From assembly GCF_000012925.1 (NCBI RefSeq), contig NC_007517.1, positions 2,550,001 through 2,582,000 of the forward strand: a stretch of 32,000 bases of DNA, in the 5' to 3' direction. Each line of letters starts with the position of its first letter. The stretch's first letter is position 1. Both the position numbers and the translations under genes were made by a program. Below, piece by piece: positions 29,749 to 32,000 of the stretch. The notes beneath the pieces were generated by a model, which was not told the origin of the DNA, searched no databases, and saw only the letters and a program-made list of their open reading frames with translations. This DNA is from Geobacter metallireducens GS-15. GTDB taxonomy: Bacteria > Desulfobacterota > Desulfuromonadia > Geobacterales > Geobacteraceae.

Positions 29749-29762
29749 AGGAGGAAACAACC

Positions 29763-29945
29763 GTGAAAAATCGAGTTTTGGAGATGGATATCAGAGACCT
29801 TCCCATGCCCGTAAAGATCACTGGCAGAAACGGCAAAAGCAAGCTGTACTTACTAAAACCGTCAGAAAAAACCCAAGGAGCTTGGTTATGTGGTATCGAA
29901 GAGCCAGTTCAACAGATCATGCAGGAATCGCTTAACCGGAGGTAA
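29763..29945 (+). CDS. small hypothetical protein (60 aa)
   Basis: GTG start with AGGAGG 8 nt upstream, 14 nt after the RHH gene stop. No recognisable motif. Confidence 0.45.
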   Translation: MKNRVLEMDIRDLPMPVKITGRNGKSKLYLLKPSEKTQGAWLCGIEEPVQQIMQESLNRR

Positions 29946-30078
29946 CCTGTGGCCCCCTCGGGGGGCTACTGGTTACTAAATACGTTTCCACTGCCTTGAA
30001 GCCAGCCAATTCCCGAAAGGAAAGCAGCACAGCCATGGGCAATTTCTTAAGCGCAATTTGCGCTAAAAGGGGTTGTTT

Positions 30079-31260
30079 ATGGCTATTTTCACATCAGAGA
30101 ACAATCAAGTAGTGTCCCCCAGCATGGCGGAGTCTGTAACACGCCATGCGCAAAACCCACCTACCGGAAATTTCCAGTTCCTTGCCTGCGGCATTGATAC
30201 CCTTGATCTGGGTCTGTTCGTGTCGTGGGACGCCAACTGGAACCGCACCAAGTCGTATCTTTCCGAGAAGAAGGAAGCCTCCCAGGGAACAACCGGCCTT
30301 CTCGACAAGACCGACATCAGCCGGGAGTTTCTCCACCACGCAAGCGGCAAGGCTCCCAACTATCGCTATCAGCTCCAGTTCCCAGAATACCGCGTCTATC
30401 TCGCCATTTCCGACAAGCCCGGCGCCTCGCCGAACGTCTATGTAACGATCCTGGCGGAAGCCCTCTGGCATGTGGGCCTATCAACCCTCCTGGAGCTGTT
30501 GGAGTTCGACCTTATGAGCTTCGGCGGCACTATCGAGCGTGTCCAGCCGAGCCGGTGCGACCTCTGCGCAGACTTCAGAGTGAATCCGCCCCTCGCCTTT
30601 TCCCTTCTCGAAATCCTCCGGGTGTCCCGCAGTCGCAAGATCAGAATGATAACGAACGGCGGCGACCTGGAAACCTACTATTGCGGCTCTGCTAACTCTC
30701 CCGTCCAGGTGCGAATCTACGACAAGGGGAAAGAGATTCAGAAGAGCAACAAGCAATGGTTTCTGCCGATCTGGGGTGTGGATGATCCGGGAGGGGTCTG
30801 GCGGGTCGAGTTCCAGCTTCGCCGCTCATTTCTCCATCAGTACCGGATAAAGACCCTTGACGACCTCTGGGAGAAGGTCGGCGCAATCTGGGCGTATCTC
30901 ACAGGGGAATGGTTCTCGCTCCGGCTCCCCGACAACGAGAAGGCGGAACGGCGCACCATTCATCCCTGGTGGCTGGCGGTGCAGGAATGCCGGGACCGGT
31001 TCGGGGCCTTTCGGGATGCCAAGAGGACATTTTCCAGCGACAGCATGGAGCCGATTCAACGCACCCTTGCCCACATTATGGGAAGGATGATCTCCATTGC
31101 CGCCCAAAGCGGAATCAAGGACCGCAAGGAGGCGATCCGGTATCTGGGCCAGCTCCTTGACGAGCGCACCGATGATGACAAGTTCCGGGAGGAATACCGC
31201 AAGCGGTTAATCAGGCTCGGCTATCGCGGCACCCTGGGAGGGTCGGACGATGAGGAATGA
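30079..31260 (+). CDS. Rep_trans-like (rolling-circle type) replication initiation protein
   Basis: Track ORF 30073..31260 trimmed to ATG 30079 (AAGGGG upstream). RCDLCADF, YYCGSANSPVQVRIYDKGKE and VWRVEFQLRR resemble, from memory, the conserved blocks of the replication initiation factor family (RstA/pT181 RepC-like). Confidence 0.75.
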   Translation: MAIFTSENNQVVSPSMAESVTRHAQNPPTGNFQFLACGIDTLDLGLFVSWDANWNRTKSYLSEKKEASQGTTGLLDKTDISREFLHHASGKAPNYRYQLQFPEYRVYLAISDKPGASPNVYVTILAEALWHVGLSTLLELLEFDLMSFGGTIERVQPSRCDLCADFRVNPPLAFSLLEILRVSRSRKIRMITNGGDLETYYCGSANSPVQVRIYDKGKEIQKSNKQWFLPIWGVDDPGGVWRVEFQLRRSFLHQYRIKTLDDLWEKVGAIWAYLTGEWFSLRLPDNEKAERRTIHPWWLAVQECRDRFGAFRDAKRTFSSDSMEPIQRTLAHIMGRMISIAAQSGIKDRKEAIRYLGQLLDERTDDDKFREEYRKRLIRLGYRGTLGGSDDEE

Positions 31261-31591
31261 TAACCTTCCACCCTCCCCTGACCTTCTCACCGTGGAGCAG
31301 TTCGCCGAACGGATGCAGGTGTCCCGCACCACCATCTTTGGTTGGATCAAGGCGGGTGCCCTCAAGGAAAGGGTCCACTATATCCGACTCGGCCGCATCT
31401 TGCGCTTTCGCTGGGGGGTTGACCTTTTCTTCAACCGCCCGACACTGGCGAACAACGCGGAGGATGCCCCGGAAACGCCACCGCAGGCCACGGTCGGCAC
31501 GCTGGATTCTCAGCGGGGCGAAGCCCCGGTCAACCGCCCGCCTTTGACTTTAGAACGCCACAAGGGGCCGGTCATGAACCTTGACTATTGA
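31250..31591 (+). CDS. excisionase-type helix-turn-helix DNA-binding protein
   Basis: LLTVEQFAERMQVSRTTIFGWIKAGAL..IRLGRILRF is the typical Xis/AlpA-like HTH_17 pattern. Overlaps the Rep 3' end by 11 nt. GGGAGGG SD upstream. Confidence 0.8.
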   Translation: MRNDNLPPSPDLLTVEQFAERMQVSRTTIFGWIKAGALKERVHYIRLGRILRFRWGVDLFFNRPTLANNAEDAPETPPQATVGTLDSQRGEAPVNRPPLTLERHKGPVMNLDY

Positions 31592-31669
31592 TAATGCGAT
31601 GAAAGGCCGCTATGCTCCCCTCGGACTTAAGACGCACTGAAGGGAGGGTAACGGCCATGAGGTGACACA

Positions 31670-32000
31670 ATGAGAATGAAGAAAGGCATGCTTGCCTTGG
31701 AAGAACCAGTAAAGCAAATCGGAGCCATCAAGCGGCGCAAGGAGTCGAAGAAGCTCTACGTGGATTTCTACTACTTCGGGCGCAGGATAACGAGAAGCAC
31801 GGAACTGAACGACACCCCGGCCAATGAACGAAAGGTCCGGGCCTTTCTCGACAAGGTGATGCAGCGGATCGAGGACGGGACGTTCAAGTTTGCGGAGGCG
31901 TTCCTAGGAGCCACGGAGGAAGAGAAGGAGTTCTTCACCCAACTGGAAGGAAGGGAGTACCGGCCGGAACCACATCAGGTGGTTTTCGGAGAGTATGTGA
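31670..32000 (+). CDS. tyrosine integrase, N-terminal arm-binding part (runs off right edge)
   Basis: Hand translation from ATG 31670: MRMKKGMLALEEPVKQIGAIKRRKESKKLYVDFYYFGRRITRSTELNDTPANERKVRAFLDKVMQRIEDGTFKFAEAF... It is colinear with the N-terminus of the decayed integrase at 24741. Confidence 0.85.
   Translation, partial: MRMKKGMLALEEPVKQIGAIKRRKESKKLYVDFYYFGRRITRSTELNDTPANERKVRAFLDKVMQRIEDGTFKFAEAFLGATEEEKEFFTQLEGREYRPEPHQVVFGEYV

Larger units (their letters stand above)
27822..32000 (+). mobile_element. integrative (tRNA-targeting) genomic island, left boundary in window, runs off right edge
   Basis: tRNA 3' fragment at the left. Cargo is strongly AT-rich. Rep_trans-like, excisionase and integrase genes sit at the right, oriented toward the expected intact tRNA outside the window. 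Confidence 0.6.

Overview
All calls are hand-read from the sequence and ORF track; no database search was run. The window holds a high-GC catabolic locus on the minus strand (1-24.5 kb), followed by mobile DNA (24.5-32 kb). Hand-counted 60-nt samples give about 55-63% GC in the catabolic part.

Catabolic part, left to right:
- The 5' part of an acyl-CoA ligase, which runs off the left edge.
- A PaaI-type thioesterase plus a ferritin-like protein.
- Etf module 1: double zinc-ribbon protein, etfB, ferredoxin-fused etfA, a membrane HdrD/GlpC-like Fe-S oxidoreductase and a tiny RHH protein. An intact IS481-family element with a perfect CCTAGC target duplication splits it between etfA and the oxidoreductase.
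- An IclR regulator.
- One apparent 12-gene, ~14.4 kb operon: long acyl-CoA dehydrogenase, 3-hydroxyacyl-CoA dehydrogenase, thiolase, Fe-S oxidoreductase, etfBA, a second Fe-S oxidoreductase, a second etfBA, sucCD and a second tiny RHH.

Three minus-strand promoters share one architecture: a TTGACA -35 box, an A/T-rich -10 box, then a CCGAACG(G/T)T operator-like core.

Mobile part:
- An IS21-derived miniature remnant.
- A decayed tyrosine integrase interrupted by an intact IS21 element (istAB).
- A tRNA-Gly-like 3' fragment with its terminator, marking the edge of an integrative element that runs off the right edge.
- That element carries an AT-rich (~30% GC in a sampled stretch) orphan membrane-protein gene, divergent from an RHH regulator. 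It also carries a Rep_trans-like initiator, an excisionase and a second integrase.

The orphan membrane-protein/RHH module is my best candidate for an undescribed system. Gene content suggests a Geobacter/Desulfuromonadales-like anaerobe, but that is an unverified guess. I saw no rRNA, complete tRNA or CRISPR array.
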